Shown here: one piece after another, positions 48,488 to 58,893 of the stretch
Numbering within the stretch: position 1 is the first letter of the stretch
Layout of the letters: each line of letters opens with the position of its first letter
NCBI GenBank assembly: GCA_963696385.1
Contig: CAVOKF010000005.1
Coordinates: 1,376,001-1,440,000 of the forward strand
Length of the DNA stretch: 64,000 bases
Reading direction: 5' to 3'
From: an uncultured delta proteobacterium
Lineage (GTDB): Bacteria; Myxococcota_A; Polyangia; Polyangiales; Polyangiaceae
Program-made: the position numbers and the translations under genes
Notes under the pieces: model-generated
What the model saw: only the letters and a program-made list of their open reading frames with translations
The model's database searches: none
What the model was told of the DNA's origin: nothing

Positions 48488-50131
48488 TTGCCTGCTACCG
48501 TTAGTGGGTTGGTACCCAAGCAGCGAGATCGAGAATCTGCCCGAATCATCGGGCGCTATGTCCTCTACGACGAGATTGCGTCCGGCGGCATGGCGACCGT
48601 TCACTACGGACGTCTCCTCGGTCCGGTCGGCTTCTCGCGCACGGTAGCGATCAAGCGCTTGCGTCCGCAGTTTGCGCGCGACCAGGAATTCGTCGCGATG
48701 TTTGTCGACGAAGCGAGGCTTGCGGCGAGAATCCGGCACCCGAACGTCGTGCCGACACTCGATGTCGTCGCCACCGACGGCGAGCTCTATCTCGTCATGG
48801 ACTACGTGCAGGGCGAATCCCTCTCCCGCCTTCTTCGGGCCTCGCGCGCGAAAGGCTCGATTCCGACCGACGTTGCATCAGCCATATTTTGCGGCGCATT
48901 GCACGGGCTCCACGCCGCCCATGAAGCGACCGACGAACACGGAAAGCCTCTCGGCCTCGTGCATCGAGACGTGAGTCCCCAGAACATCCTCGTTGGCGTC
49001 GAGGGAATCGCACGGGTCCTCGATTTCGGCGTTGCCATGGCCGCAGGCCGCGCCCAAGCGACGGGTCATGGAAGGATCAAAGGCAAGCTAAGCTATCTTG
49101 CGCCCGAGCAAGTCCACGGAATTGCAACCAGGCAAACCGATGTATTTGCAACCGCGGTCGCTCTCTGGGAGGTGCTTACGGGCAAACGTCTTTTCCAGGG
49201 CGACACCCCTAGGCAGATCCTGAGCCAGATCTTGACGACTGAGATCGCTCCGCCGACGTCGCATGCGCCCCACCTGTCGCCGTGGGTCGACGCGATCGTC
49301 ATGCGCGGGCTCGAGAGGGATCCGACCAAGCGGTACGCGACGGCGCGAGACATGGCGATCGATCTCGAAGCCTGTTTGGGTTTGGCGTCGCCGACTCAGG
49401 TGGGCGCATGGGTCGATTCGGTCGCACACGACGCTCTTGTCGGTCGTGCAGCGATCGTCGCCGAGATCGAAAGCGCCTCGTCCCAGTTCCGTGACGTTAC
49501 CTTGTCCGCCCATTTGTCGGGCCCCCCATCGGTCCCCGCCCCCGAATCGGGAATCTCGGTAAACCATCGCAGTGGCGTCTTGCGGTGCGAGTCGTCCGAC
49601 GCCCATTCGCTCTTGCCTCCGCCGCCTTCCGTGGATTCGGTCCCGGGTCCAGCTTCAGGCAGCCGGCGATGGGGTCGCCGCGCGATCGCGCTTGGCTGTG
49701 CCCTCTCGCTCGGGGCCTTGGCGGCAATCGCTCTCTCGCAAGGGCCGCGACGTTTCGCGTCAGCCCACCCGAGTTCGGCGTCCTCCTCAACCGTAACCGT
49801 TCTGTCTGCGGCCTCTGCGGCACCGAGTCTGTCGGGCGCTGCGCCCAGCCCGCCATCCACGGTTGGGCCCGTCATCGGAGGTCCCGATTCCGTCGTGTCC
49901 ATCGCCGCCACGGCGGCCGCCGTCGCTTCGGCTTCGGTGGCCCCAACGCGGCCTCCGGTTCGCGCCGTGGTTGACCGGCAGGCGACTGGAAAGGCCAAGG
50001 CACCTGTCGCCGCGGCACCTGTCGCCGCGGCACCTCTCAGCGCCGACCCGGATTGCGAACCTCCGTATTCGCTCGACGCCCGGGGCCACAAGATTTGGAA
50101 GGACGCATGTTTCCGAAAACGAGACAGGTAG
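48488..50131 (+). CDS. Membrane-anchored Hanks-type Ser/Thr protein kinase (start approximate)
   Basis: SGGMATV, VAIK, HRDVSPQN, DFG, APE; TM helix, Ser/Pro/Ala linker, C-terminal CEPPYSLDARGHKIWKDAC. Confidence 0.92.
   Translation: MPATVSGLVPKQRDRESARIIGRYVLYDEIASGGMATVHYGRLLGPVGFSRTVAIKRLRPQFARDQEFVAMFVDEARLAARIRHPNVVPTLDVVATDGELYLVMDYVQGESLSRLLRASRAKGSIPTDVASAIFCGALHGLHAAHEATDEHGKPLGLVHRDVSPQNILVGVEGIARVLDFGVAMAAGRAQATGHGRIKGKLSYLAPEQVHGIATRQTDVFATAVALWEVLTGKRLFQGDTPRQILSQILTTEIAPPTSHAPHLSPWVDAIVMRGLERDPTKRYATARDMAIDLEACLGLASPTQVGAWVDSVAHDALVGRAAIVAEIESASSQFRDVTLSAHLSGPPSVPAPESGISVNHRSGVLRCESSDAHSLLPPPPSVDSVPGPASGSRRWGRRAIALGCALSLGALAAIALSQGPRRFASAHPSSASSSTVTVLSAASAAPSLSGAAPSPPSTVGPVIGGPDSVVSIAATAAAVASASVAPTRPPVRAVVDRQATGKAKAPVAAAPVAAAPLSADPDCEPPYSLDARGHKIWKDACFRKRDR
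49999..50035 (+). repeat. 15-bp in-frame tandem repeat (APVAA) x2.5
   Basis: GGCACCTGTCGCCGC repeated in the kinase linker. Confidence 0.85.
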
Positions 50132-51012
50132 CTCCGCGCTCAGGAGTTGGGCCGGCGCTTCTCATCGGTCTTGCTCTTCTGGCGAGATCCCGTCGCGCCG
50201 ACGCCGACGACACGGCAGACTGTATCGCCGCCTCGGAGGCGGCCCAAACGCTACGCGATCAGCGTGCCCTGATCGAGGCGCGAGACAAGCTGTCCATGTG
50301 CGCAAGGGACGTCTGCCCCACTCCCATTCGCGTCGACTGCATCCAGCAGGGGCTCGAGGTGGACGCTGCGACGCCATCGCTTGTGGTGCGCGCGAAGGAC
50401 GCCCACGGCGACGATGCGACCGAAGTCAAAGCCTTCTGCGACGGGACTCTTTTCGCGACCCAGCTCGACGGGAAGTCGCGCGCCGTGGACCCCGGTACGC
50501 ACACGTTCCGCTTCGAAGCAGCCGGCTTGCCCTCCGTCGAACGACGGATTGTCGTCGGCGAAGGCGAAAAGAACCGATTGGTCATCGTCGAGATGGCGCC
50601 CGCGCTTCTGCCGCCGGTGTCGAGTCCGCTTCGCTCAACGCCCACGCGCGAGACACCGAGTTCCAGGGGCCTGCTCGTGCCGGGGTTGGTCGCTGGCGGA
50701 ATCGGCCTCGCGGCAACGGTGCCGATGAGCGTCTTATGGCTCTCGGGGACCCGCGACGTCCACGACATGCGAACGAGCTGCGCCCCCGCCGCGGGCGGGG
50801 CCGGTTGCCCGGCGGACCGCGTCGATTCGGCTCGAACGAAGCTCATTCTCGGAGACGTGTTCATGGGCGTCGCGGCTGCCGGCATCGGCACCGGAACGGT
50901 CCTCGTGCTGCTGCACTCGCCGAGCACGACAAAGGAAGGGGCCGCCGCTGTGGGCCTGCAGGCATGGCCGACGCTCGGCGGCTGTGCCGTGGCTGCTGCG
51001 GGTCGGTTCTGA
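50107..51012 (+). CDS. Exported protein with Cys-rich helical N-terminus, PEGA-like domain and hydrophobic C-terminal segments
   Basis: Signal peptide; CIAASE..MCARDVCP..DC; VDPGTHTFRFEAAG (PEGA-like); Gly-rich helices; C-terminal AGRF. Confidence 0.7.
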   Translation: MFPKTRQVAPRSGVGPALLIGLALLARSRRADADDTADCIAASEAAQTLRDQRALIEARDKLSMCARDVCPTPIRVDCIQQGLEVDAATPSLVVRAKDAHGDDATEVKAFCDGTLFATQLDGKSRAVDPGTHTFRFEAAGLPSVERRIVVGEGEKNRLVIVEMAPALLPPVSSPLRSTPTRETPSSRGLLVPGLVAGGIGLAATVPMSVLWLSGTRDVHDMRTSCAPAAGGAGCPADRVDSARTKLILGDVFMGVAAAGIGTGTVLVLLHSPSTTKEGAAAVGLQAWPTLGGCAVAAAGRF

Positions 51013-51017
51013 ACGGA

Positions 51018-52394
51018 TCACTTCGCGAGCTTGGTCACGCTGCCGGCCGGCCCGCCGGTCACCCAGTAGACGGCCGTATCATCCACGGCGATTCCCTGAG
51101 GATCGTCGAGGCCGCTGACCAGCGGCGGAGGCAGCGGTCCTTCATTTCCGATCGGAACCCGATAGAGCGCTCCTTTGGTGTTTCCCGGAGGACCACAGGC
51201 CGCCGTGCCCTGATCGAGAAAGTAGACGGAGACCCCGTCGGAGACCACGGCGAGCGGGCAGGTGAGGGCACCGGCCGCGATCGTCCTTTCGGTCGCGACG
51301 GTGCCGGCCTTGATGTTCTCGTATACGCTCGGATTTGCGGAACCGCCGGTCCAGTAGACATACGTGCTGTCGATAGCGATCCCGACGAACGTGCCCGTTC
51401 CAATCTCGCTCACCGGGCCGCCGGCCAGCGGCACACTCTCGGCCAGCCCGCCGCCGGCGGTCTTCGATGCGTAATACGCATTCGCGCCGTCGATCGCGAT
51501 CCCCGCCGGCGTCGTTCCGTTCTCTCCGGAGACGTTCAGCTGTACTGCGGGGACACCCCCATCGCTGTTCGCCGGGGCGGACATGATCTGATTGCCGGTT
51601 TGGTCGGTCCAGACCACAGTCGTCCCATTCGAGGCGATCCAGTCGGGCTCGGCCTGATTGGTCGCGATGGTGGTCAGCGCCGCGCCCGTCGGGAGTGCAC
51701 GTCGTACCTGACCCGATGCAGTCTTATTCGTCCAGTAGACGAACATGCCGTCGGAGGCGATGCCCTGCACGTTCTGCGCAGCGGGTCCCGACACGACGGG
51801 CGTGGGCGTGCCCTGGCGCGTCAACGACTTGCTCACTTTGTTGATCGTGCCCGCATCGCTGTCGGCCCAGTAAACAAAAGTCGAATCGATTGCGATGCCG
51901 ACCAATCCGCTCGTCACCGCCAGCGTGACCGGTCCGCAGAGGCCGGAGTTGCACTCGCCACCTTGGCAATAGTGACCGCAGAGCCCGCAGTTGAGCGGAT
52001 CGGCCGCGACGTCTGCTGCACACGCATCGCTGGAATCGGTCGTCGACTCGGAGTCTTGCGGGCGGCCGGCCTCGCCCGCTGTCGGCAGTGTCGAATCGAT
52101 GGCGAAGCCGGAATCGGCCGTCGACGCCGCATCGTTCGGGCTGTCTGGTTGGGTGGGCGGTCGCGGCGCCGAATCACCGGGGGCGCCGCCGTCGGCCTGC
52201 TGGGGCGCCGTTGAATCGTCCGGCGTATCGGCATCGGCGGCGATCTGCGTGTCGTCGGTCAAGGCGCCGTCGAGCACGGGGAGGCCCCCGATGTTCCCCG
52301 CTTCATCGCCGGCAACTTCGAGGCCGTTGAGCGACGTCACCAGACTGCAGGCTCCGAGCGACAGGCCCGCAACGACGATCGGGGCCACGCGCAT
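51018..52394 (-). CDS. Surface lipoprotein with Cys-rich motif and about 7 YWT-type beta-propeller repeats
   Basis: LGAC lipobox; DPLNCGLCGHYCQGGECNSGLC; repeats IAIDSTFVYWAD, IASDGMFVYWTN, IASNGTTVVWTD, IAIDGANAYY, IAIDSTYVYWT, VVSDGVSVYF, IAVDDTAVYWV. Confidence 0.8.
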   Translation of the reverse strand: MRVAPIVVAGLSLGACSLVTSLNGLEVAGDEAGNIGGLPVLDGALTDDTQIAADADTPDDSTAPQQADGGAPGDSAPRPPTQPDSPNDAASTADSGFAIDSTLPTAGEAGRPQDSESTTDSSDACAADVAADPLNCGLCGHYCQGGECNSGLCGPVTLAVTSGLVGIAIDSTFVYWADSDAGTINKVSKSLTRQGTPTPVVSGPAAQNVQGIASDGMFVYWTNKTASGQVRRALPTGAALTTIATNQAEPDWIASNGTTVVWTDQTGNQIMSAPANSDGGVPAVQLNVSGENGTTPAGIAIDGANAYYASKTAGGGLAESVPLAGGPVSEIGTGTFVGIAIDSTYVYWTGGSANPSVYENIKAGTVATERTIAAGALTCPLAVVSDGVSVYFLDQGTAACGPPGNTKGALYRVPIGNEGPLPPPLVSGLDDPQGIAVDDTAVYWVTGGPAGSVTKLAK

Positions 52395-52953
52395 CCACCG
52401 CACCCAACAAGGATATCGCATCGCGCCTGCCACGCCGCGCAAATTGTCGAGCACGACATGGCAGTAAGTTGGATTCGTCATAAGGGGTAACGAAGGCCAA
52501 CGCAATCCATTACGTGAAATACGCTACATGGGACTCAGCCTATTGCCGTGTAGACGGGTCGGGGCCCGGCCCATCGTAGAAATGTCGCACCTGAGCTCCT
52601 GGACACGCATAGGGACACGGTGAACGCTCTCGGAGCGGATGGGCGCTGCGCGTCGGACCGTCGACCCTCGTCTCGCCGATTCCGTGCGGAACGAACCTTT
52701 CGGACGCCGACGCCGCGAGGATCCTCGAGCGGCGTCCCCGGCGCAAAGATCAACATTCGAGCTCCGCGTACGACGGGGCTCGGCGTCGCCACCGCCGACT
52801 CCGATGCTGCCCGGCCGAGCGCGGCGCGTGTCCGGTGATGGTGGGGCGGCCATCGCGGTGTCGGGATCCGAGCGCCGGAATGGGTCACACGGATCACCCG
52901 CCGCTTGCGCGTCGCCTGGCAAAGCCGTAGGTGGGCAATGACACGTGGACCGC

Positions 52954-54924
52954 ATGCCGACACCTTTCAACCAAACCGACCGCCCGCTGATGCAAGCCCT
53001 TGTCGCGGGACCGCTGGTCCTCGATGGCGCCATGGGGACGCAGCTGTACGAGCGGGGGGTGCTCTATAGCGCGTGCTTCGAGGAGCTGAATTCGTCACGC
53101 CCCGAGCTCGTCGCCCGCGTCCATGAAGATTACGTGCGCGCGGGCGCTCAGGTCGTGGAGTCGAACACATTTGGCGCGAACGCCCTGAGGTTGGAGAAAT
53201 ATGGCCTATCCGGGCGGGTCCGCGAGCTCAACGTGGAAGGTGTTCGAATCGCGAGAGCGGCGGCCGGGACCTACGCCTATGTGGTCGGGGCGATGGGTCC
53301 GAGCGGCTACTTTCTCGGTGAGGCCGGGCGGGTAAGCGGCGAGGATCTTGCCAAGGTCAAAGACGTCTTCGCGGAGCAGGCCAGGGCTCTCGTCGAAGAA
53401 GGCGTGGACGCCCTGCTTGTCGAAACCATTCGCCAGACGCCCGAGCTTCGCATGGCCGTCGAGGCGGCCGTGGAAGCCTCGGAGGGACTCGTTCCCGTCA
53501 TGGCGAGCGTATCGCTCGACGACCGCGGCCTCATGGCCGAGGGAACTGCGGCTGAAGAGGTGGCCCGGCTCGCGCGGGAATGGGGCGCCGGCGTCGTGGG
53601 TGTCAACTGCTCCGAGGGGCCGATGGCGGTTCTCGCGGCGGTCGAGAAGATGGTGCCCGCAGGCTTGCCCATCCTTGCCGCGCCCAATGCGGGTTTGCCC
53701 CGACGGGTCGACGAGCGCATGGTCTATGTTTCCACTCCCGAGTACTTCGGCGTGTATGCCCAGCGCATGTTTCGCTTGGGCGTGCGGCTCGTGGGCGGCT
53801 GCTGCGGAACCACGCCCGATCACATTCGGCGGATTGCGGCCTCGGCCCGGATGGCCGGAGCGGGTGCGGTTCGGGAACGCGGATTCGCCGTCGAGCCGGC
53901 CTTGGCGCCGGGAGCGAGCCGACAGGAGATCGGCGCCGTCTCCATCGCGCCGTTCGAAAGCGGCGGGCATGCGACGATCAGCTCATTGCCCGATAGGATG
54001 ATCGGTTCGTTGCCTCCCGTGCCCTTCGCGGAGAGAAGCGACCTTTCGTCCAAGATCGCGCGGCGCAAATTCGTCGTCTCCGTCGAGGTCAACCCGCCCG
54101 TGGGGCTCGACCCGTCCCGCGCGGTGGCCGCCGCGAGAATGCTCAAAGCGGGCGGGGTCGACGTCGTCAACGTCGCCGACGGGGCGCGGGCGCAGTCTCG
54201 GATGAGCAATTTGGCCCTCGCCGTGCGGATCCAGCGCGAGGCTGGCCTCGAGGTGATCTTGCACGTGTGCGGGCGCGACAGAAATTTGCTGGCCACATTC
54301 GCTCACTTGTTGGGAGCGCATGATCTGGGTCTGCGCGATCTGGTCATCATCACCGGCGATCCACCCAAGATGGGCGACTTCCCCGATGCCACCGCCGTCT
54401 ACGATCTCGACTCGATCGGTATCCTCAAGCTTGCGACGCGGCTGAACCACGGCGTCGATCCGGCGGGCAAGCCTCTCGGCGCGACGACGCGATTTCTGCT
54501 CGCCACCGGCGCCGAGCCGGCGGCTCTCAATTACCCCCGCGAGATCGAGCGCTTGCACCAGAAGAAAGCGGCCGGTGCCGAGGTCATCATGACTCAGCCG
54601 GTGTACTCGCCCGAGTCGCTCGATCGCTTCCTCGACGACGTGGCTCCGCTCGATGTACCGGTGCTGGTCGGGCTCCTGCCGCTCGCGAGCTTCCGCAACG
54701 CCGAGTTCTTGCACAATGAGGTGCCCGGCATGCAAGTTCCCGAATCGATTCGCGATCGAATGCGAAAGGCTGGGACGGGTGCAGCGGCACGAAGCGAGGG
54801 AGTCCGGATCGCGCGCGAGATGCTCGCCGCGGTTCGGCACCGCGTTGCGGGCGCGTACGTCATGCCGCCGCTTGAGCGCCACGAGCTTGCGCTCGAGGTT
54901 CTCGACGGTTTCATGGATGCGTGA
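52954..54924 (+). CDS. yitJ: Bifunctional homocysteine S-methyltransferase / methylenetetrahydrofolate reductase
   Basis: LDGAMGT, NTFGAN, GVNC, PNAGLP, GGCCGTTP (HMT); VEVNPP, CGRDRN, ITGDPP, MTQPVY, HNEVPG (MTHFR). Confidence 0.92.
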   Translation: MPTPFNQTDRPLMQALVAGPLVLDGAMGTQLYERGVLYSACFEELNSSRPELVARVHEDYVRAGAQVVESNTFGANALRLEKYGLSGRVRELNVEGVRIARAAAGTYAYVVGAMGPSGYFLGEAGRVSGEDLAKVKDVFAEQARALVEEGVDALLVETIRQTPELRMAVEAAVEASEGLVPVMASVSLDDRGLMAEGTAAEEVARLAREWGAGVVGVNCSEGPMAVLAAVEKMVPAGLPILAAPNAGLPRRVDERMVYVSTPEYFGVYAQRMFRLGVRLVGGCCGTTPDHIRRIAASARMAGAGAVRERGFAVEPALAPGASRQEIGAVSIAPFESGGHATISSLPDRMIGSLPPVPFAERSDLSSKIARRKFVVSVEVNPPVGLDPSRAVAAARMLKAGGVDVVNVADGARAQSRMSNLALAVRIQREAGLEVILHVCGRDRNLLATFAHLLGAHDLGLRDLVIITGDPPKMGDFPDATAVYDLDSIGILKLATRLNHGVDPAGKPLGATTRFLLATGAEPAALNYPREIERLHQKKAAGAEVIMTQPVYSPESLDRFLDDVAPLDVPVLVGLLPLASFRNAEFLHNEVPGMQVPESIRDRMRKAGTGAAARSEGVRIAREMLAAVRHRVAGAYVMPPLERHELALEVLDGFMDA

Positions 54925-56318
54925 TGATCCGGGTGGTGGATCGCCCGGAACCGCGACTCGCTTCGCCGCCCCCCGCTCGGGTATGGCTCGGATGCGCGGC
55001 GGCTTTCGCCACTCTGTCCGTCTGCGTCGGATGCGGGAGGTCATCGTCCGAGCGGGCGCCTTCCTCCCGAGCGCCGGCCGCATCGGTCGAGCAGCCGCCT
55101 CGCCATTCCGCACCGGCCGGAGATGTCGTCTTCGCCCCCATGCGGTGCACCCCGGGGGCTGGATCATGGGATTTGGGCGATGGCGGAGCCCCCGGCCGCG
55201 TGGACGACCCGTTTCAGGACGAGTTTGAGGTCGGAGATGCCGTCAGGGATCCGACCGGGACCGCGGTTGGTGTCACTCATCGGACGGCGGCCGGTCGGAC
55301 CGCGGCGATTGCATGGATCGCTCAGGATACCCGAGGGCCGGCAGATCTGTTCGACTTGGGCCCCACGTTGGGGGACGGCCCGCCGCCGAGACTCATCCGG
55401 GGGCCCAACGGCCTGTTTGCGGCTGCATATGGCGTAGCGCGGGTGAGCGCGCGGGCGGATGCCGCGCGCGACCTCGTCGTCTACACGGTGCCGGTTCGGG
55501 CACCGCCAACGGTCCGCGAGAGCATTTCTCAGCAGCGCGACGACTCGTTGGCGTTCGACGTGGCGGTTTCCGGGTCGAGTGTGCTCGCGGTGTGGGACGA
55601 GGCGACGAGCGGTGCACGGGGCGTCATACGGTACGCCGCGATCCAAGGCGACGCCGGCGCGACGCGGGATCTCTCGCCGCCCGAGTCCGACGCTGAAGCG
55701 CCACGCATCCTTGCGTCCCCCGGCGGCTTCACGGCCCTCTGGCTCGCGCGTCAATCCGAGGCGGCGATCGACGACGCGCGAAGCAGCCTGGCCGTCGAGG
55801 TCCCCGGTGAGCTCCGAGCGTTCGGTTGGATCGAGTCGATCCGGGTGGACGAGCGCGGTGTCCCCAGAGGACCGGCGCGACCCCTGACGTCGATGAACGG
55901 GCATGTGTCGGCGTACGACGCGCAAGCTCTCGACGACGCCAGCGTGCTCGTCGTAGCTCGCGACGACGGTGAATCTACGGACGGCTCAGGAGGCACTCTG
56001 CTTCGAGTTCGGATCGCAGGCGACCGAGTCGATCCGCCTCTGGCGTTCTCGATAGACGGTTTGGGTCGCGGAGCTCCGATGCTCGTGGACGGCAGGCCCC
56101 TCTGGCTGTCGTGGATGGGCCCACACGAGCAACTTCGCCTCATCCCGCTCGACGCCATCGGAGCACCCGCGGGGCCGCTCAGCGCCGAAGAGTCGTTGAA
56201 CGACGCGCGTCCGCTGCTCGTCTTGTCGGCTCCGCCGGATGCACCGGAACGCTTCCTCGTGGCCACACCGTTGCGCACCGAAGGGCAGCTTCGGACATTT
56301 GCGTGTGCGCGCCGATGA
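54924..56318 (+). CDS. Hypothetical lipoprotein, beta-rich
   Basis: Signal with CVGC lipobox; overlaps the yitJ stop; long GC3-biased ORF. Confidence 0.65.
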   Translation: MIRVVDRPEPRLASPPPARVWLGCAAAFATLSVCVGCGRSSSERAPSSRAPAASVEQPPRHSAPAGDVVFAPMRCTPGAGSWDLGDGGAPGRVDDPFQDEFEVGDAVRDPTGTAVGVTHRTAAGRTAAIAWIAQDTRGPADLFDLGPTLGDGPPPRLIRGPNGLFAAAYGVARVSARADAARDLVVYTVPVRAPPTVRESISQQRDDSLAFDVAVSGSSVLAVWDEATSGARGVIRYAAIQGDAGATRDLSPPESDAEAPRILASPGGFTALWLARQSEAAIDDARSSLAVEVPGELRAFGWIESIRVDERGVPRGPARPLTSMNGHVSAYDAQALDDASVLVVARDDGESTDGSGGTLLRVRIAGDRVDPPLAFSIDGLGRGAPMLVDGRPLWLSWMGPHEQLRLIPLDAIGAPAGPLSAEESLNDARPLLVLSAPPDAPERFLVATPLRTEGQLRTFACARR

Positions 56319-56440
56319 TCTCATCTCGTCGTGGCGCTTCCGTCCGAGGCTGCTTTCGACTAGGTTACGGCGCGTGGCAGTCGCCGCCCGGCAAGGCCCT
56401 TTCCACAACCGGACAAAGCTCGGTCGGCGGTACGCGACGC

Positions 56441-56514
56441 GGGCCCATAGCTCAATCGGTCAGAGCCCCCGGCTCATAACCGGGCTGTTCCTGGTTCGAA
56501 CCCAGGTGGGCCCA
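56441..56514 (+). tRNA. tRNA with CAT anticodon, most likely tRNA-Ile2 (lysidine-modified); CCA not encoded
   Basis: Acceptor GGGCCCA/TGGGCCC+A; D arm GCTC..GAGC; anticodon arm CCCGG-CTCATAA-CCGGG; T arm CCTGG-TTCGAAC-CCAGG. G1-C72 is paired and there is no G29-G31 run, so not initiator; C4/C5 acceptor pairs fit TilS substrates. Confidence 0.9.
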
Positions 56515-56681
56515 CTGGCTGACGCGGCAGCCACCTGCCCGAGAGCGGCAAACCCGCGTCGGAGCGCGGCCTCTCGCGACGGAAACGAGGCATGGCCGTC
56601 GCACTCGTCGCAGAGGATACGAGCGTGCGCTATGTACTTTGACACCCCGCATCGTTCGCCATCGTTCCGGAGAGTGACGCA

Positions 56682-57428
56682 TTGAGCATCCCCGACCATA
56701 TTCGCGCGCTCGAGAAACTCGCGCAGATTGATGCAGAACTGAAAGAACTTCAGGACCAGCTCGCGCAGGAGCGCTCGACGCTCGACGGCTTGACTTCGGG
56801 CATCCGCAAGCTCGACGAGAGGCTGACGATCGATCGGGCATCGATGGGCGTGATGGAGAAGGCCCGCGGTGAGCTGCTGCTCGATGTCCGCAACATGAGC
56901 CAGCAGCTCGACCATTCCCGCGACAAGCTCTCGCGAGCCCGTACCGAGCGCGAGGCCAACGCCGCGCAGCGCGAGCTCGAAGAGCTGCGCAAGCTCGTCC
57001 GGGATCGCGAGGACGAGATCGGCAAGCTAACCCGGGACGCGGACGCCGCCCGGCAGCAGATCGAGGGGACGGAGGCCGACCATCGCAAGCTAGCGGACGA
57101 ACTGGGAGCCCGAGAGGGTGACATCAGCTCGAAGCTCGGCGAAGCGGAAAGCAAGGCGCGCGTCAAGCGGGCGGAACGCGATGCCGCCGTCAAGGCGTTG
57201 CCCCCGCAGCTGTATCGCCGTTACGAAATGATTCGATCGAAGCGTGGCAACGCAATCGCGCAGACGAACGATGGGACGTGCAGGGCCTGCAACATGGCGC
57301 TTCCGCCACAGTTGTTTCACCGGCTCCGGCGAGAGCCGACGCTCGAGCAATGTCCCTCTTGCAACCGGCTCATCTACTTCTCTTCGCCACAGGCGGTTGC
57401 TGCTTCGGCCGCGCCGGAGCGCAGTTGA
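56682..57428 (+). CDS. Coiled-coil protein with C4-type zinc ribbon (DUF164/CdsZ-like)
   Basis: LEKLAQID, long heptad region, CRACNMALPP...CPSCNRLIY. Confidence 0.9.
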   Translation: MSIPDHIRALEKLAQIDAELKELQDQLAQERSTLDGLTSGIRKLDERLTIDRASMGVMEKARGELLLDVRNMSQQLDHSRDKLSRARTEREANAAQRELEELRKLVRDREDEIGKLTRDADAARQQIEGTEADHRKLADELGAREGDISSKLGEAESKARVKRAERDAAVKALPPQLYRRYEMIRSKRGNAIAQTNDGTCRACNMALPPQLFHRLRREPTLEQCPSCNRLIYFSSPQAVAASAAPERS

Positions 57429-57539
57429 AGGCCTTCGCCGTCCGAGTGCCCCCGCGCGTTCCGCGCGCGCGAAGTCTTCGGGAGCGGGCAATGGCCGAGG
57501 TGGTAGGCTGGCGATAGTGTTCCCGGGGCGCGTCCCGAC

Positions 57540-58850
57540 ATGAAGAGCTGCCCGAAGTGCCAGCGCGTGTTTCCGGACGACGCCGGCTTTTGTCCGGCCG
57601 ATGGTACGGCGCTCACCGCGGCCAGTATCGTGCCGGTCGCGCACTCCCAGGAAGACCGGCGCATCGGAGCTCGGCTCTGCGGCCGCTACGAGATTCGCCG
57701 AACGGTGGCCGACGGGGGTATGGGACGCGTCTATGAGGGGATCGACAAGCAGACCAATTCTCGAATCGCCCTCAAGGTCCTCCACGACGATGTCGCCAGG
57801 GACGAGGTCGCGCTCGAGCGTTTCAAGCGCGAATACGAAATTAGTGCCCTATTGCCCCATGAGCACATCGTCAAGGTTCTTGATTTCCAGCGTGACACGG
57901 TCGCTGACACCTGGCTGCTCGTCATGGAATTTCTCGAAGGCGAAGAGCTTCGCTATGTCCTGAAACGCGAGAAGGTCTTGCCGCCCGAGCGCGTCGTGCG
58001 GGCTCTGTCTCAGGTGGCTATCGGCCTAGACGAAGCGCATGCGCGTGGCTTCATTCACCGCGACCTCAAGCCCGACAACCTGTTTCTGTGTGGCCGGCGC
58101 GAGGGCGATACGGTCAAGATCCTCGACTTCGGTAGCGTCAAGGACACGTCCGTCGGGAACCGAAAGAAGCTCACCGTGCTGGGCACGACGATCGGCAGTC
58201 CCTATTACATGGCTCCCGAACAGGCGCAGGGCCTCGAAACGCTCGATCCGCGCGCGGACGTGTTTGCGCTCGCCGCTTTGACGTACGAGTGCCTGACCGG
58301 CGAGGTCCCCTTCGTCGGCAACAACGGTCCGTCGATCCTTCTGGCGATTCTGACCAAGGACCCGGTTCCGCCTAGTTTGAAGGCGAAGGACGCGAAGTAC
58401 CGTGTTCCGCCGACGGTGGACGAGGTGCTCGAGCAAGGCCTTGCAAAAAATCCGGGCATCCGCACGGCGAGCGTTGGAGCGCTTGCGGACGCGATAGGTC
58501 ACGCCTTCGGCCTCTCGGGCGAGCATCGGCAGTGGGCATCGACCCCCCAGCAGGAGCTCGGACGGCAAATAGCAGCCGCGTTGCCGTCGCTCATGGCCGC
58601 CAAGATTGCCGCCGTGGACGTCGCCGCCGATCCGTTCGCTTCGGCCGGGCGATCGGCCCCGATCGCGAGCGGGTCTGCACTCCGGGGAGGGCGCTTGGGC
58701 AACGACGAGGCTTTCGACGCCGTTCGGAACGTGGATTTGCTGCCCGCCGGCGTTCCGTCGGCCAAACCCGGGTGGCTGCTTCCGGTCATCGTGGGGGTGC
58801 TTGCGCTCGTCGTCGGCGGAGCCGTGACCCTGGTCGTCATGGGCCGTTGA
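57540..58850 (+). CDS. Hanks-type Ser/Thr kinase with N-terminal zinc finger and C-terminal TM anchor
   Basis: CPKC..FCPADG; GGMGRVY, IALK, HRDLKPDN, DFG, APE; C-terminal hydrophobic helix. Confidence 0.93.
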   Translation: MKSCPKCQRVFPDDAGFCPADGTALTAASIVPVAHSQEDRRIGARLCGRYEIRRTVADGGMGRVYEGIDKQTNSRIALKVLHDDVARDEVALERFKREYEISALLPHEHIVKVLDFQRDTVADTWLLVMEFLEGEELRYVLKREKVLPPERVVRALSQVAIGLDEAHARGFIHRDLKPDNLFLCGRREGDTVKILDFGSVKDTSVGNRKKLTVLGTTIGSPYYMAPEQAQGLETLDPRADVFALAALTYECLTGEVPFVGNNGPSILLAILTKDPVPPSLKAKDAKYRVPPTVDEVLEQGLAKNPGIRTASVGALADAIGHAFGLSGEHRQWASTPQQELGRQIAAALPSLMAAKIAAVDVAADPFASAGRSAPIASGSALRGGRLGNDEAFDAVRNVDLLPAGVPSAKPGWLLPVIVGVLALVVGGAVTLVVMGR

Positions 58851-58893
58851 CCCCCCCGTCGCGAATAAATGCCGAAACGTACGCCGGCCGGCC

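Noticed and set aside
52395..52944. Possible SAM, SAH or cobalamin riboswitch upstream of yitJ
   Set aside because: The gap is long, but I could not find the consensus elements by eye; an Rfam scan would be needed.
56441..56514. tRNA-fMet or elongator tRNA-Met call
   Set aside because: No C1:A72 mismatch or triple G-C anticodon stem; the overall sequence fits the Ile2 class better, although elongator Met is not strictly excluded.
56441..56681. tRNA as an integration site for a genomic island
   Set aside because: No integrase, no duplicated tRNA 3' end noticed, no composition shift; the flanks are core genes.
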